Of a stretch of 64,000 nucleotides of DNA, positions 1 through 16,075 are shown one piece after another; the stretch's first letter is position 1, and each line of letters starts with the position of its first letter. The notes below the pieces were generated by a model that saw only the letters and a list, made by a program, of their open reading frames with translations, ran no database searches and was not told where the DNA came from. The position numbers and the translations under genes are program-made. The stretch is from the human T2T-CHM13v2.0 reference genome, Homo sapiens. Where the stretch lies: the NCBI RefSeq assembly GCF_009914755.1, contig NC_060930.1; one strand, written 5' to 3'.

Positions 1-1298
<1,298 letters not shown>

Positions 1299-1309
1299 CT
1301 TCTCTATTT

Positions 1310-1535
1310 ATATCTGGTCTACATCTCAGTAAACGCATCATAAGTTGAAAATATCATAAGTGGAAAATGCATTTAATACTCTAACAAATCCATCATAAAT
1401 AAAGTCAAAAAATCATAAGTCAAATCATTGTAAGTGAAAATGCTCCTCGACTTAGGATGGGGCTACGTCCTGATAAACCCATTGTTAAAGTCAAAATATT
1501 GTAAGTTGCACTATTGTAAACTGGGGGCTGTCTGT
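1310..1535. mobile_element. MER47-like TcMar-Tigger MITE fragments
   Basis: 'atgctcctcgacttaggatggggctacgtcctgataaaccc' and the terminal 'ggggctgtctg' match the recalled MER47 consensus. Confidence 0.7.
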
Positions 1536-1559
1536 GATGTTTAAACTATGTAGAACGCA

Positions 1560-4500
1560 ACAAGGTAAAATTAAAATATCTGGCTGACATGCACTTGGAA
1601 ATTACCAACCATGAAAATCAGCAAGTAATTATATCTAAAAATAAGGACAAAAATCAGTTAATTGAAACTAAACCAATAATGGCACAGATGATAGATGTAT
1701 AAAAGAACATGAAAAATGTTAACAAGGCTCTATTCCATGTGTTGAAGAAGGAAGTTGCATATTAAGGAGAGACATGAAAAACATAAAAAGACATACATTA
1801 AATTTTACAGAAGAAAAAAGTCATAAAAATAAACTTCATAAAATTAGCAGCAGAAAAAAACACTGCAGGAGAAAAGGTAAGGTAATTTCTCAATGTAGTA
1901 GTAGAAAGTATCCAAAACAAAATATACAGAGAAAATGACTGGGGAAAAAAATGAATAAAGTGTGCACTCTGGAAAACTTTAAGTGGCCCAATGTGACTAC
2001 AGTTGGATCTCCAAAGGACAGAAGAAAAAAAGAACAGAAGAAAAAATACTTGAAGAAAAAACAGCCCCAATTTTTTCATAGTTAATGAAAGCTAAACCCT
2101 TCACATCCAAGAGGCTCAGCAAACCCCAGGCAGAAGAAACACAAAGAAAAATTTGCCAAGATGAGAAACTCGAAACTATCTTGCTAACATCGGGGATGAA
2201 GAAAAATGTGTACTCTCACCATTCCTTTTCAATTTTGTACTGGAAGTTCTCATCAATGCAATAAGACAAGAAAAAGACATAGGGTGATATTGATTGTGAA
2301 GGAAGAAATAAAACTGTCTTTGTTAACAAATAACATGATTATCTATTAGAAAATCTGAAAGAATCAACAAAAGACTCTTGCAACTAATAAGTAACCATGG
2401 AGAGGTTGCCAAATAAAAATTAATATACAAAAGTAAATCACTTTCCTATATACCGTCAATTACTAAGTGGAATTTGACACTGAAAACATTAAAAAATTTA
2501 CAGTCACCCTGAAATATGAAGTACTTAGACTAAATCTAACAAAATTTGCATGATCCATAAAAGGAAAATTACAAAACTGAAGAAAATTGGAGAACTAAAT
2601 AAATAAAAAGATATTCCATATTCATGGATTGGAAAACTCAAGTTTTCCTTGTCAAGTTGTAAGTTCTTTTCACCTTCATCTATAAATTCAATGCTATCTT
2701 AATCATAATCCCAGAAAGGTAATCTGTGGATATCAGCAAAGCGATGATAACAGGCACAAGATTCAGAATAGTCAACACAATTTTGAAGGAGAACAAAGTT
2801 GGAAGACTGACACTACCTTATTTCAAGACTTATTATAAAGCTACAGTAATCAAAACAGTATGGATATTAATGAAAGAATAGACAAATAGATCAATGGAAG
2901 AGACCAGAGAGCCCAGAAATGGACCCACATAAATACAGCCAACTGCTCTTTGACAAGGAACCAAAGGGTAAACATTGGAACCAAGATTAGTCCTTTCAAC
3001 ACATGGTGCTGGAACAACAGGATGTTCTCATGCGAAAGAAATGAACCTAGACATAGAGTTTACACCCTCCACAAAAATTCACGAAAAGTAGATCACAGAC
3101 CTATATGTAAACCACAAAAATTATAAAATTCCTGGAAGATCACATAGAAGAAAATCTAGATGAACTTGTGTATTCGTTCGTTTTCACACTGCTATAAAGA
3201 ACTAACTGAGACTGGGTAATTTATAAAGAAAAGATGTTTAATTGACTCATAGTTCCACAGGCTTAACAGGAAGCATGACTGGGAGGCCTCAGGAAACTTA
3301 CAATCATGTCATAAGGAGAAGGCAAGGCAAAGACCTTCTTCACATGGTGGCCGAAAAGAGACAGAGTGTGAAGGGGAAGTGCCACACACTTTCAAACGAG
3401 CAGATCTTTTGAGAGCTCACTCACTATCATGAAAACAACAAGGGGGAAGTATCCCCCTTGATTCAATCATCTCCCACCAGGCCCCTCCCCCGACATGTGC
3501 AGATTGCAATTGGAGATGGGATTTTGCTGGGGACACAGAGACAAACCATATCAACTTGGGTATATCGATGACTCTTAAGATACAAAACTGAAGAGATAAT
3601 CCAAGAAAAAAATAATTGATCAGCTATACTTAATAACTTATTCAAAACTAAAAATTCTGCTTTGCAAATGACACTGTCAAGACAATAAGCAGGCTAAAGA
3701 CTAGGATTTATGATCCAACACATACAAGTATCACGTAGAACTCTTACAGCTCAAGATATCAAAAATACACAAATAATTTTTAAAATTCATCAGTAAAAAA
3801 ATAAAAAATCCAATGAAAAAGAGGACAAAACACCTTAATAGACATCTCACCAAAGAAGATACACAAGTGTAAATAAGCATATAAAAAGTTGCTTACATCA
3901 TGCCATTAAGCAATTGCAAATTAAGACAACAAGATACCCCTATACATTTATTAAAATGGCACAACATTACAACTTTATTCAAAACACTGCCAACTTTAAA
4001 TGCTGAGCAGGATGTGGAACAATAGGAATTCTCATTCACTAATGGTGAAAACGCAAAATTTGGAAGACAGTTTGGCAGTTTCATACAAAATTAAACATAC
4101 TCTTACTATGTTATTCATCCATCACACTCCTTCCTGTTTACCCAAAATATTTGAAAACATATGTCCACACAAAAACCAACACATGGATGTTTATAACAGC
4201 TTTATTCATAATTGCTAAAAGTTGGAAGAAAGATGTCCTTTAGTAGGTGAATGAATAAATAAACGGTGGTACAACCAGATGATTGGATGTTATTCAGCCC
4301 TAAGAAAAATGAGATATCCAGCCATAAAAAGACATTGAAGAAACTTAAATATATTTTGCTGATTGAACTAAGTCAATCTGAAAAGGCTGTGTACTGTATG
4401 ATTTCAACTATATGACATCCTGGGAAATGTCAAACTACAGAGACAGTAAAATGTGCTTCCCAGGGGACTGGAGGAGGAAAGGACAAATGTGTGGATCGCA

Positions 4501-4770
4501 GAGGATTTTGCAGTAGTAAAACTACTCTGTATGATAATGTAATTGTAGAAATGTGTAATTATAGGTGGGTTCACACCCAGAGAATGTACAACAGGAAAAT
4601 TGAACTCTAATGTAATCTATGACTGAGTAATCATGATGTCTCAATATAGGTTCAAATAATTGTAACAAATGTGCCACTTTGATGAGGAAAATTGATAATG
4701 GGAGACTATGTACGTGTGTTGGTAGAGGGTATAGGAGACATAACTATACTTTCTTCTTAATTTTGCCATT
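1560..4770 (+). mobile_element. Old L1M fragments (ORF1/ORF2/3'UTR remnants), interrupted by a MaLR LTR
   Basis: A-rich, degenerate ORF2-like sequence (e.g. 'ttcaagacttattataaagctacagtaatcaaaacagt') and L1M 3'UTR motifs. Confidence 0.8.
3169..3553 (-). mobile_element. MSTA/THE1-type ERVL-MaLR solo LTR
   Basis: TG...CA termini, 'gactgggtaatttataaagaaaag' and 'aaaccatatca'; 5-bp TSD ACTTG (3164-3168 / 3554-3558). Confidence 0.9.
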
Positions 4771-4868
4771 TCAAAGCAGATTTTACTGTCTTAGTCTGTT
4801 CAGACTGCTATAATAAAATACTATAAATTGGGTAGCTTATAAAAAGAGAATTGTATTTTCCACATGTC

Positions 4869-5271
4869 TGTTAAAAGAGAATTATTAGCCAAATTAAATT
4901 TTACAAAGTTTAAATGAGCAGAGAACAATTCACAAATCAGGTAGCCTCCTGAGCCAGAGTAGGCTCAAAGAGACTCCAGTGCAGCCATGTGGTAGAAGGA
5001 GATTTACGGACAGAAAAAGAAAAGTGATATACAGAAAACAGAAGTGAAGGAAAGAAACAACCAGATTGGTTATAGATCAGCATTTGCCTTATTTGAACAT
5101 GGTTTGAATAATTGGGCCTCTTTGATTGGACCAGTCTCAATGATTAGCACAAGAGCAGGTTCCAGTCTGTTTACACTTCTATTCAGGTGATAGTTCACTA
5201 GGTACAGAGAAACCTTTATGTCAACCTTAAAATATATAAGGAAACAGCTTTTGGCTAAACTTGATTTCACA
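4869..5271 (-). mobile_element. MER57-family ERV1 LTR (3' LTR of a minus-strand provirus)
   Basis: TG...CA termini; 'gccttatttgaaca' and 'gattggttat' match recalled MER57; a purine-tract-like sequence abuts it on the minus strand at 5272-5285. Confidence 0.8.
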
Positions 5272-6031
5272 ATTCCCTGTTTTGGGTCATCCTCTGAAAA
5301 TTGATCATTGATCAAAATTTTATCATTGATGTCACTAGCACCATGATAAATGTACTTATTTGGTCTCAAAACCCATTGGGAAATAGCAGAACAGTGGGTT
5401 TTTTAAGGTTAGAACAAGGACTTCAGATTATTTTCTTTGTAGGGGTTAGGTTACAGGGTAGCTCTTTATGGTGGAATCTCCTGTTTACAGGAGAAAAACA
5501 AAACTTGGTTTGTTCTAGGATCGATCTTTTTCTTTAAGGTCTTAGTTTGATTATGTCAGATTTAGCATAAGTGACTCTAATTTGGTTTAAAATGGTCTGT
5601 TGGGGCCTAGGGCATGAGCTCAATCCAAAACAATGGCATCTCATAATTTTGCTTAAAAATAACCCTATTTGGTCACGTTCTCACTTAGATGAGAGAATGA
5701 CCAAAACTTCAGGCCTTAGCACCACTCTCAGTTACCATCACTTTGGGTTTCTGGTCTCAGCACGTCATTTATAGGCTACAGTGCCCTCATGGTCACAGAT
5801 TTTTTTCAGCTCTTGTCAATCCAGTTGAAGACAGACCATTCGACACTCTAAAGATGGCTGCATGCAAACATTTAAAACTTTTAAGAGAATATAGCACACC
5901 AGGGAGACTACTATTAAGACTATCAGGAGGATAATACCAAGAGCTTGGAGTGTGCTCCTTAGCCAGGGTTGTCATGAACCAAACCAACTACAATCAAACA
6001 GATCACAGAATGAGCTAAAGAGTCTACTTGC

Positions 6032-6362
<331 letters not shown>

Positions 6363-8003
6363 TCATTGATCCCCTACAACTGAATATCTATAATACCCAA
6401 TGTATTTCTCCATGGGAAACAAGAAGTACAAGCAACTGCACAGATACTTCTGTTTAGCCAGTAAGTAATTTAGAGCAATTCTATTATGTAGTATAACTTT
6501 CACAAGAGAATTTAAAGTCTGTTGTGCAACCATTAAAGCCTCCTAACAATGTTCTCTTTAACCTGTGATGTAGGTTAAGAGGAGTGGAACCTATAATGTA
6601 GGTTAAGAGGAGTGAATCAGTGTTTGCTTCTCACTAATTATGAGGCAACAAATGTACCATTAAAATTTCTCACCTGCACTGGCCCTTCATCTTCCATTTA
6701 TCAAGGCATAAAGTTGTCCGTGTATAAGGCTGGCTGCAAAATTCTTCACAAATAAAAATAGACCCCATGAGTGTACACAACAGATGCCCTTTTCAATTCT
6801 ATTGTTCAAAGAGACATAAGCAAGGGGAAAATGGAAAGATAAGAGTCTCATGATAGCAGAGAAATCTTGATCCATGATCTTGGGGAAGAGCTGTCCATAT
6901 CAAAGATGCCATCTGCTTCTGGGGAGGAACTTCCTTGGTTAGCTTTACCTTAAGGTTGTAAATGGGTGTACAGTTCCAAGAGTGCAGGGGGCCTATGTGA
7001 GTTGTGAGATAATGAACCCAAGGTTCAAGGTGCCAAAGTTTTGCTGCAATGTGGATGGCACAATGGCAGCCTTTCTCTGATACTCTGAGAAGACCATGGA
7101 GTCTAATCCTTGGGTTCTAGATTATGAAAGGGTTGATTGTCCCCAGTCAGTAGACCATGAAATGCATTCATTACCTGGTGAAAATATACTTTGGTAAAAT
7201 GAGCTACTATTATAACAACAGCCCTTTTGTATGTTAAAGCTTTTATACAACCAGAAAGCATGCATTAAAAATTACAATTGAATGAAATCCTTTTATAAAT
7301 GTTTAAATGGCCCATCAGGTAGCAGAAATGTACATAAAGTTTTAAAACCCAGGAATGAGTTTGATAACCAAACATTGGTCAAAAACTATTTGAGCAATTT
7401 AGAACAGCCACCAAAATAATATATTTTTTAATTTGGATAATTTTATTTATTCCATGATGGGTCATGGAATGCAGAGCTTCTAGTAACAAACACTTTAAGG
7501 ACTCAGGATGAGGTGGCTGTCCAGAATCTCCATGAGTCCATTCTTAACACTAGATTTACATTTTTTAAAATACCAGTTGTTTCTCCAATTTATATGCATA
7601 GCACTGATACTGATGGGTTATAAGCAATTTGACTTGCACCATGGAGTTTATTCAAATTGTATATCTAAATATTTCAGTACTGCCTGATTTATCATGAAAA
7701 TCTCACAAAGTATTTTCTTGGTATTCAGTTAATTTTTTGCCCTGCTTGGGTTAGCAGTTTTATAAACCAATTAATCAATCTTTTCATTAAAGTGTTGAAA
7801 ATTCTTACCCAGTCCAAATCATATAAGCCTAAAGTTATCAGAAACTTGTATTCAAGAGTGCTTGTCAGGGTTCTTTCTATACTTTCACAAACCTCCTTAA
7901 AGATACCATACTCTAGGATTTTGTATGCTTGTAAAGCTTTCAGAAACTGCATTAGAATTAGGCAATTAACTGTGGAAATAACTGACATGTGGAAATAACT
8001 GAC

Positions 8004-8103
8004 TATGTCGGCCATACTGGTTTGAACTACTGGCCTTAAGGTATTCTCCTGTCCTTGCCTCCCAAAATGCTGGGTTTAGAGGCATGAGCCACCACACCCA
8101 GCA
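8004..8103 (-). mobile_element. Alu left-monomer/FLAM fragment
   Basis: 'gcctcccaaaatgctgggtttagaggcatgagccaccacacccagc'. Confidence 0.8.
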
Positions 8104-8717
8104 TAAATGGTCATAGTTAAAGACACAACTGACAAGGAAATGTGGTCATTTCTGTGGCCTACAATAACTAAATGATAATTATGGTTGATAGCACATAGCT
8201 AAACATATTAGAATTTTAGAAATTTTATACCATTTTGGAACATCTATTAATAATATATGCATTAAGATATAACTTGAAGAAGGTTGAAAATCATTTTTTA
8301 TTTGGCAGTGGTTTCCACGTAATTTAACATGTCAAAACATCGGCTTCTCTCGCCTTTGGATGCTTTAGGGGCTTTCTGCAGAATCCCAAAGTTAGAGATC
8401 AAAAAAGACTTAACTTTGAAGCTGAAATTTGATTTTGGAAAGCTTGTCAAATATTTCAAAGTATTAAAACACTTGACCAAAATAGGATCACAGGTCACCA
8501 TAAAATAATAGTCATTCATTTAGCCAAAGTGATAATTAAAAGATTTTTAAAAATAAAAAACCTGTACTCTTTAATGGAGAAGGCTGTTTTCCAAATAAGG
8601 AAAAGACTTAAGACAGTATGAGACAGAATCTATCTCTTCTTCTCTCCTCTCTCCCTCTCTTTTTTTGTTACAGTTTACTCAGAAAGTGAGGAAAAATGTT
8701 TGAATGTGTCTGATTAA

Positions 8718-9268
8718 TGTCACATGCATGGATGTGAAGAGACCACCAAACAGGCTTTGTGTGAGTAATAAAGCTTTTTAATCACCTGGGTGAAGGCGGG
8801 CTGAGTCCAAAAAGAGAGTCAGCAAAGGGTGGTGGGATTATCATTAGTTCTTATAGGTTTGGGATAGGCAGTGGAGTTAGGAGCAATTTTTGTGGCAGGG
8901 GGTGGATCTTACAAAGTACATTCTCAAGGGCGGGAAGAATATTACAAAGCACCTTCTTAAGGGTGGGGGAGGATATTACAAAGTACCTTCTCAAGGGTGG
9001 AGGGTGTACTGTACAAAGTACATTAACAAGGGTGGGGGAATATCACAAAGTACATTATCGAAAGGGCGGGGAGGGGGTATTTTCACAAAGTCAGTTGGTC
9101 AGTTAGGGTGGGGCAGGAACAGATCACAATGGTGGAATGTCATCAGTTAAGGCAGGAACTGGCTATTTTCACTTCTTTTGTGGATCTTCAGTTGCTTCCG
9201 GCCATCTGGATGTATACGTGCAGGTCACAGGCGATATGATGGCTTAGCTTGGGCTCAGAGGCCTGACA
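8718..9268 (-). mobile_element. HERV-H solo LTR (LTR7 family, LTR7B/C-like)
   Basis: Reverse complement begins 'tgtcaggcctctgagcccaagctaagcc' and ends 'cacaaagcctgtttggtggtctcttcac...gtgaca'; perfect 5-bp TSD ATTAA (8713-8717 / 9269-9273). Confidence 0.93.
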
Positions 9269-11109
9269 ATTAATACTATGTAAAATTTTTGTTCAAAAGA
9301 GAAAACCAAATTCTAGTTTTATGTTGTGTATTATCAATGTTAAAGCTTATTTTAATAAAACCTGTAAATAAATTTATAAAATCTGTCATCTTTAACCACA
9401 CAAGATTTCCATAAACCTTTTGTTTTACATTTTCTCCAACTTTATATATTCATCTAGATTTATCTATTTTTTACTCCTTCAATTTGAAACCTGTAACTTC
9501 AAACTAGACAAAATTTTTAAACATGCACACATTTTTATGCCTTTATATATTTTCTCATTAAAAGCACATTTTTGTTTATACTTTTGTTTATATGTTCTGT
9601 ATACAGAATTGTTTCTCTCATATTTAGTAGTTTTAGTTACATACATTAACTACAATTTTAACTTTTAGTAATCCCAATTTGTAGTGAAAACTCTAGAAAG
9701 CAATTTTGAACTGTTTGTTTTATATCACCATTTGTAGATAAAAAACATTTTATAATTTTTTTAGAAGGATGGTTCTTCAAATTAGTGCTTATTAACACCT
9801 TTTCTATAGCATTTAAAAGTAGCATGTCATTATATAGACTTAAGTTCATGTTTAATAATTTATATTTCAGTATTTTAACTTACAAATGATGTAGACATTT
9901 TATGATTATCTATTACTTAATCTAACATAATATGACTTTAAGATTTTAAATTACTGAAAATAATTTGGAACTAAACACAAGAACCCTCCCTAATGTCTTC
10001 CCCAGTCATCCTGGGTCCCAAGTAGCCATGTGGCACCCAGGAAGGTCAGGACTATGAAGGTTATGACCTGTCTGAGTCCTGAATTTACATGCTAGGTCTA
10101 AAGGGGTCAGAACAGAAGACAGAGCTGTGAAGACTGCAACTGGACAATCTAACTCTTCCCAAAATAGCAAGGAGGCAAAACAGGGAGAGCAGGGAAGAAG
10201 GGGCTCTATTGGGCTTGATTCTGGCTTGCAGTTGCTAGTCTGGGTACTGAGAACTTGTCTTGTCTCTAGACCTCATCATGTCCACCTATCCAGACCCCCA
10301 AATCCCGAGGCTCTAATCTAAAAACATAAACTCACAGTTAAATCAAGCAAGTTTCTAATTATATTTAACTGATAATTTTGAAACCATTCCTGTTTTACCA
10401 AAAACTTTTTAAGCAGCTTTATTTACTAAATAATATCACATACACATAACACATACAGACATACAAACACAGAGAAGCAATTCTTACAGCTTTTATAAAG
10501 GATTGTCATTTGCTGGCTTTTAAATAGCTTTTCTTTTCCCCATTCAGACTATCAATCTTCCAATTACTTGTTTCATTGCCCTAAGCAATTGTTAACTAGA
10601 CAACAAATTTGCATTTCTAAAAAGACAACTCTTAGGTGAAACAAAAAGAATTGTATTTTGTAAGCACAGAGCTAAAATTTTAGGCCTAAATATTGTATTG
10701 CCATTTGCTCAAACTAAGGGAAAAATACAGTGCCCAAGTAAAAGTTAAGTCAAGACAAGATGGCCAGAAAAGCACCTTAAACAAAGGTATGGCTTGTGAT
10801 GTAAATTTAAAACAATGGTAAGAGTTTCTAAAGTATACCAACACACATCCTTAAAAATGGAGACTTCCTTTATAGAAGTAAATTTCTTTTACAAAAGTGT
10901 TTCAAGATTGCCAGTTAAATTCCAGAAAGGTGCATTTTAGGTTCATAAGTGTTCTTGTTAACTTAGCTACTGTTTCTTAGCTAGAATTACGAGTTCAGGG
11001 CAGAGCTCATCATGAATAGGGCAAAGTATTCTCTGCCTGAACTCAGCATGGATAGATCTGAAAAAGAAGAAAGCCTAGTTTACCTGAGGGCCTATATTTT
11101 ATAAACACT

Positions 11110-12297
11110 ATCTAGGAGACCAGCCAAAGTCTATGGCATTTGAGACTTGACCCACTCTCTTTATTCCACAATAAAAAAACAAATGTCAAAGAAAGGCCTC
11201 AAAAACCAGTCTTGCAAAGGGGGCTGAATTTAATTGGATTACACTGTGGAACAATTAATGCCCCCAAGGCACTACTAAAAACTATAAAGCAATCAGCCAG
11301 CAATTCAAGGAGGCTAACAACTGGATGTAATACTTACAGTGGCAGACAAATTAATAATTAAATCAGAGAAAGAAAGAATCAAAGAGAATATTGCTAAAAC
11401 CACTTCATCCCAGGGTGATGATGCACATACTCAAGGCTTCACCCTCTGAGTAGTGACATCAGAGGTTGAACATTGTGGGAAAAAATAGACATTATTGAAA
11501 TGGTACACCTTGTTACTAAAAAATCCAACAAGTTCCATATACAGATTTACTACAGTATATTTTCTAAAATGTCTAGTTTTCAACAAAAAATTATGAAACA
11601 TACAATGAAACTGAGTGTGACCCTTATACCGGAAAAATGTAGGCAACAAAAACTGCCTTTCAGAGAATCCAAATGTCAAACTTAGCAGAAAAAGACCTCA
11701 AAGCATCTAATATAAATATATTTAAAAAACTAAAGAACACCATAAAGAAGGGAAGAAAGGTATGAGGACAATGTCTCAACAAATAGAGACTATCAAAAAA
11801 AAAGTAAAAGTTATTTTAAAAAACAAATGGAAATTCTGCAGTTTAAAAGTACAGTACTTGGAATGAAACATTTACTAGAGTGCTCAGCAGTAGATTTGAA
11901 CTGGCAGAAGAATCAGTGAAATTAAAGATAGATTGACAGAGATTATATAATCTGAAAAACAGAGAAGGAAAAAGAAAAGAAAGAAAAATAAACAGAGCCT
12001 CATAGACATGTAGAACATAATTAAGCAAACCAAAATATGCATAATGAAAGTAACAGAAGTAGAGGACAAAAAGGAATGAGCACAAAAGTTATTCAAAAAA
12101 GTAATGACTGAAAACCTTCCAAATTTGACTTAAAACCATCTATACATCAAAGAAACTCAATAAATTCCAAATAGGACAAACACAAAGAAACCTACACTTA
12201 GACATATCAAAGTAAAAATATTCACAGGCAATGATAAAATAATAAAAGCAGCATGATAAAAATGACATTTACATAAAAGGAAACACCAGTAAGGTTA
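11110..12297 (+). mobile_element. Old L1M 5'/ORF1-region fragment
   Basis: A-rich degenerate ORF1-like sequence ('agatttgaactggcagaagaatcagtgaa'). Confidence 0.65.
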
Positions 12298-13230
12298 TGT
12301 ACTAGTCTGTTCTCACACTGCTATAAAGAAATACCTGAGATTAGGTAATTTATAAAGGAAAGAAGTTTAATTGACTCACAGTTGTGCATGGCTAGGGAGG
12401 CCTCAGGAAACTTACAATCATGAGAGAAAAGGAAGCAAACACATCCTTCTTCACCTAACTGCAGAAGAGAGAAGTGCCGAGCAAAGGAGGAAAAGCCCCT
12501 TATAAAACCATCAGATCTCGTGAGAACAATTACAAGAACAGCATGGAGGTAACCGCTCCATGATTCAATTACCTCCCACCTGGTCCCTCCCACAACATGT
12601 GGAAATTATGGGAACTACAATTCAAGATGAGATCTGGATGGGGACAGAGCCACACCATATCATTCTGCCCCTGGCCCCTTCCAAATATCATGTCCGCACA
12701 TTTCAAAACCAATCACGCCTTTCCAATAGTCCCCCAAATTCTTAGCTCATTCTAGCATTAACCAAAAAGTCTACATCCAAAGTCTCATCTGAGACAAGGC
12801 AAGTTCCTTTCTCCTATGAACCTGTAAAATCAAAAGCAAGTTACTTACTTCCTAGATACAATGAGAGTACCGGCATTGGATAAACACACTCACTGCAAAT
12901 GGGAGAAATTGACCAAAACAAAGGGGCTACAGGCCCCATGCAAGTCTGAAATCTAATCATGCCCACCTCAGCTGATGCATGAGGTGGGCTTCCACAGCCT
13001 TGGGCAGCTCCAACCCTGTGGCTTTGCAGGGTACAGCTCCCTGCTTCAGCTGTTTTCATAGCTTGCATTGCGAGTCTGAGGCTTTTCAGGCACATGGTGC
13101 AAGCCATTGGTGGATCTACCATTCCGGGCTCTGGAGGAGAGTGGCCCCCTTCTCATAGTTCCATTAAGCAATACCCCACCGGGGACTCTGTGTGGGGGCT
13201 CTGACCCCACATTTCCCTTCCACACTTGCA
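12298..13230 (-). mobile_element. THE1D/MSTA LTR (12298-12662) plus truncated MaLR internal sequence
   Basis: 'tgtactagtctgttctcacactgctataaag...caccatatca' followed by the MaLR-int 'ttctgcccctggcccc'; ends abruptly near 13230. Confidence 0.85.
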
Positions 13231-13376
13231 CCCATGGTGAGCACCTGCAAAAGTCACTGGGACTCGAGGATATAAGGTCAGAAGTAAGAAAAAGATGCTT
13301 TTTAAAATCTCCTTCATGTACCCCAGGTATTCATTGGAAAGAGAAAGAAATACATTTCTCCAAAAAATATATATAA

Positions 13377-13500
13377 TCAGTGTGTAAGACATTGGGTATG
13401 TCTTTTTTTTTTTTTTTTTTTTGAGTTGGAGTCTCACTCTGTTGGCCAGGCAGGAGTGCAGTGGCACGATCTCTGCTCACTGCAACCTCTGCCTCCCAGG
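13377..13500 (-). repeat. Inverted copy of 15087-15203 (Alu 3' part plus unique flank)
   Basis: Exact reverse complement except tail length (T20 vs A13). Confidence 0.95.
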
Positions 13501-14690
13501 CCAATCAGCACATGAAAAGATGCTCAATATTATTACCCATCATGGAAATGCAAATCAAACTCACAGTGAGTTACCACATCACACTCATTAGGATGATTAC
13601 AGGGATGAAATGCTATGATCTGAATGTTTGTTACTCTTTTAAAATTCATACATTGAAAACTAATTCCTAGGGGTATTGTATTAAGAGGTGGGGCCTTTGA
13701 GAAGTGATTAGGTCATAAGGGTAGAAACCTTATGAATGGGATTGATGCCCTCATAAAAGAGGCCCAAGGGAGTTTATTTGCCCCTTCCCACATGTAAGGA
13801 TGCCGCAAAATGGCACCATATATAGATATGAGCCTTCACCAGACACCACGAGTCTCCTTGATCTTGGACTTCCCAGACTTCAGAACTGCGAAAAATAAAT
13901 TGCTCTTGTTTATAAGTTACTCAGTCTAAGGTATTTTGTTATAGCAGTTTGAATGAACTAAGACAGATGGCTACGACCAAATAGATGGACACAAAAAAAA
14001 GTGTTGGCAAGCATATGAAGAAATTCAATCCCTTATACATTGCTAGTGGAAATTTAAAGTGGTGTAGCCGCTTTGAAAAACAGTCTGGCCATTCCTCATA
14101 AGGCTAAACATAAAATTACTACATTATCCAGCAATTTCAATCCTAGGTATATACTCAACACAATTAAAAATATATGTCTACACAAAACCTATATACACAT
14201 CATCACAGAATTGTTCATAATAGCCAAAAAGTAGAAACAACCCAAAAGTCCAATCAACTAATGAATGGATTAAATAAAACATGTTAAATTCATACAATGG
14301 AATATTGGATGGCATTAAAAAAGAATCAATAAGCAATAATATGGATGTATCTTGAGAGTATTATGCTAAGTAAAAGAAGCTAATTTTGAAAGATCACTAT
14401 TGTATGATTACATTTATATGAAATGGAGTGCATGAAATTTATGTGAAATGCTAGAAGAGGCAAATCTAGAGAGATAGAAAGATTAGTGGTTGCCTAGGAC
14501 TAGGGGAGTTGGGGGGAAATGCTTACAGATGTGGATTTTCTTTTGAGGGTGATAATATTTTTAAACTTACCGTGGTGACAGTTGTACACTCTGTGAACAT
14601 ACCAAAAACTATTTAATTGTACACTTTAAATGGGTAAATGGCATGTGATATGAATTATATATCAACAAAGGTGTTAACTAAAGGAAGAAA
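13501..14690 (+). mobile_element. L1M 3' end (L1MB-like) interrupted by MLT1A
   Basis: 'cacatgaaaagatgctc', 'catacaatggaatatt', 'gattagtggttgcctagg'. Confidence 0.8.
13611..13965 (+). mobile_element. MLT1A-type MaLR LTR
   Basis: 'tgctatgatctgaatg...ggtattttgttatagcag...ctaagaca'. Confidence 0.8.
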
Positions 14691-14882
14691 GAGAAGGAAG
14701 TGGAGGAGGACCTGCCCAGATCATCAGCTTTTCATCTTAACTGCCAAATTCGTTTATAGAAAATCTATGAGAACCCCCCTAACTATGGAGGTTTCTAAAT
14801 GGGTAATATAGTTTACATCAGTGTCTTTAATAGCTTTGATCAAAATAAAATCGAATTAGACATAGATCAAATAAGACATACT

Positions 14883-15221
<339 letters not shown>

Positions 15222-15971
15222 TTAGCCTTTATACCACCCTACACAACAAAACCTGTTACCTAAGAAGAGGTCATTTATATTAGCAAGGGGCAATGAGTAC
15301 AACAATCATAATTTCTGATTTGTTGGAACCCAAACAAAATTAAATGATTTTCTTAGTGAGAAAAGTTGCTTTGGTTACATAATAATATGATTTCTCGGAA
15401 TTTTCCAATTATTAATATTACTTGTAAAAAACCACTAGCTTGTCACTTATGTATTTGTCTCTTAACCTTAGTCGTATTTGAGGGAACTTCTTTAAAATAG
15501 TTTTATCCACCCACCGGTTTCAAATAGGATTATAAAAAAGTGAATAAATCATTTTATGCAAATTGAAACATAGAACTGAGATGAGATTGGTTTTTACTGG
15601 ATGAAAATTGAATAGTGAAAAACTTAGGCTACGAGAAATGTCAATGCTGATTTAATCTGTATAGAAAGGTGACCAGAGAACGTGCATCAGTACGCTCTAA
15701 GTAAACGCCTCTGAATTCCCATTTAAAATGTAGCTGTTTCTTTCTTGGTAAGATGGCACCCAAATAACTTGTTCAGGAACCATCAGGGCACTCCCCAACC
15801 CAAAAGTGAATGTCATGTTTGTAGCTTAATTCTTAAACTGAAAAGGTAAGCAAATACTTCAACCCTTTCTAATTAAGTAGCATTTGCTTATTCAAAATAT
15901 CTATTTAATTGCCACAATACATCTGATTTTCATTCCAAATGTTTAACAGAGTAAAAAAATAGTAATTTTCT

Positions 15972-16075
15972 GGCTGGGTGCAGTGGGTCACGCCTGTAAT
16001 CCCAACATTTTGGGAGGCTGTCGGGAGAATCGCTTGAGGCTGGGAGTTCGAGACCAGCATGGGCAAAATGAAAAA
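15972..16075 (+). mobile_element. FLAM/Alu monomer
   Basis: Left-arm Alu sequence flanked by the repeat 'aaaatagtaatttt'. Confidence 0.85.

Noticed and set aside
15740-15852. Strong + strand donor AAG|GTAAGC (15846) suggesting an unannotated exon
   Set aside because: No convincing acceptor, ORF or promoter; isolated donors are common by chance.
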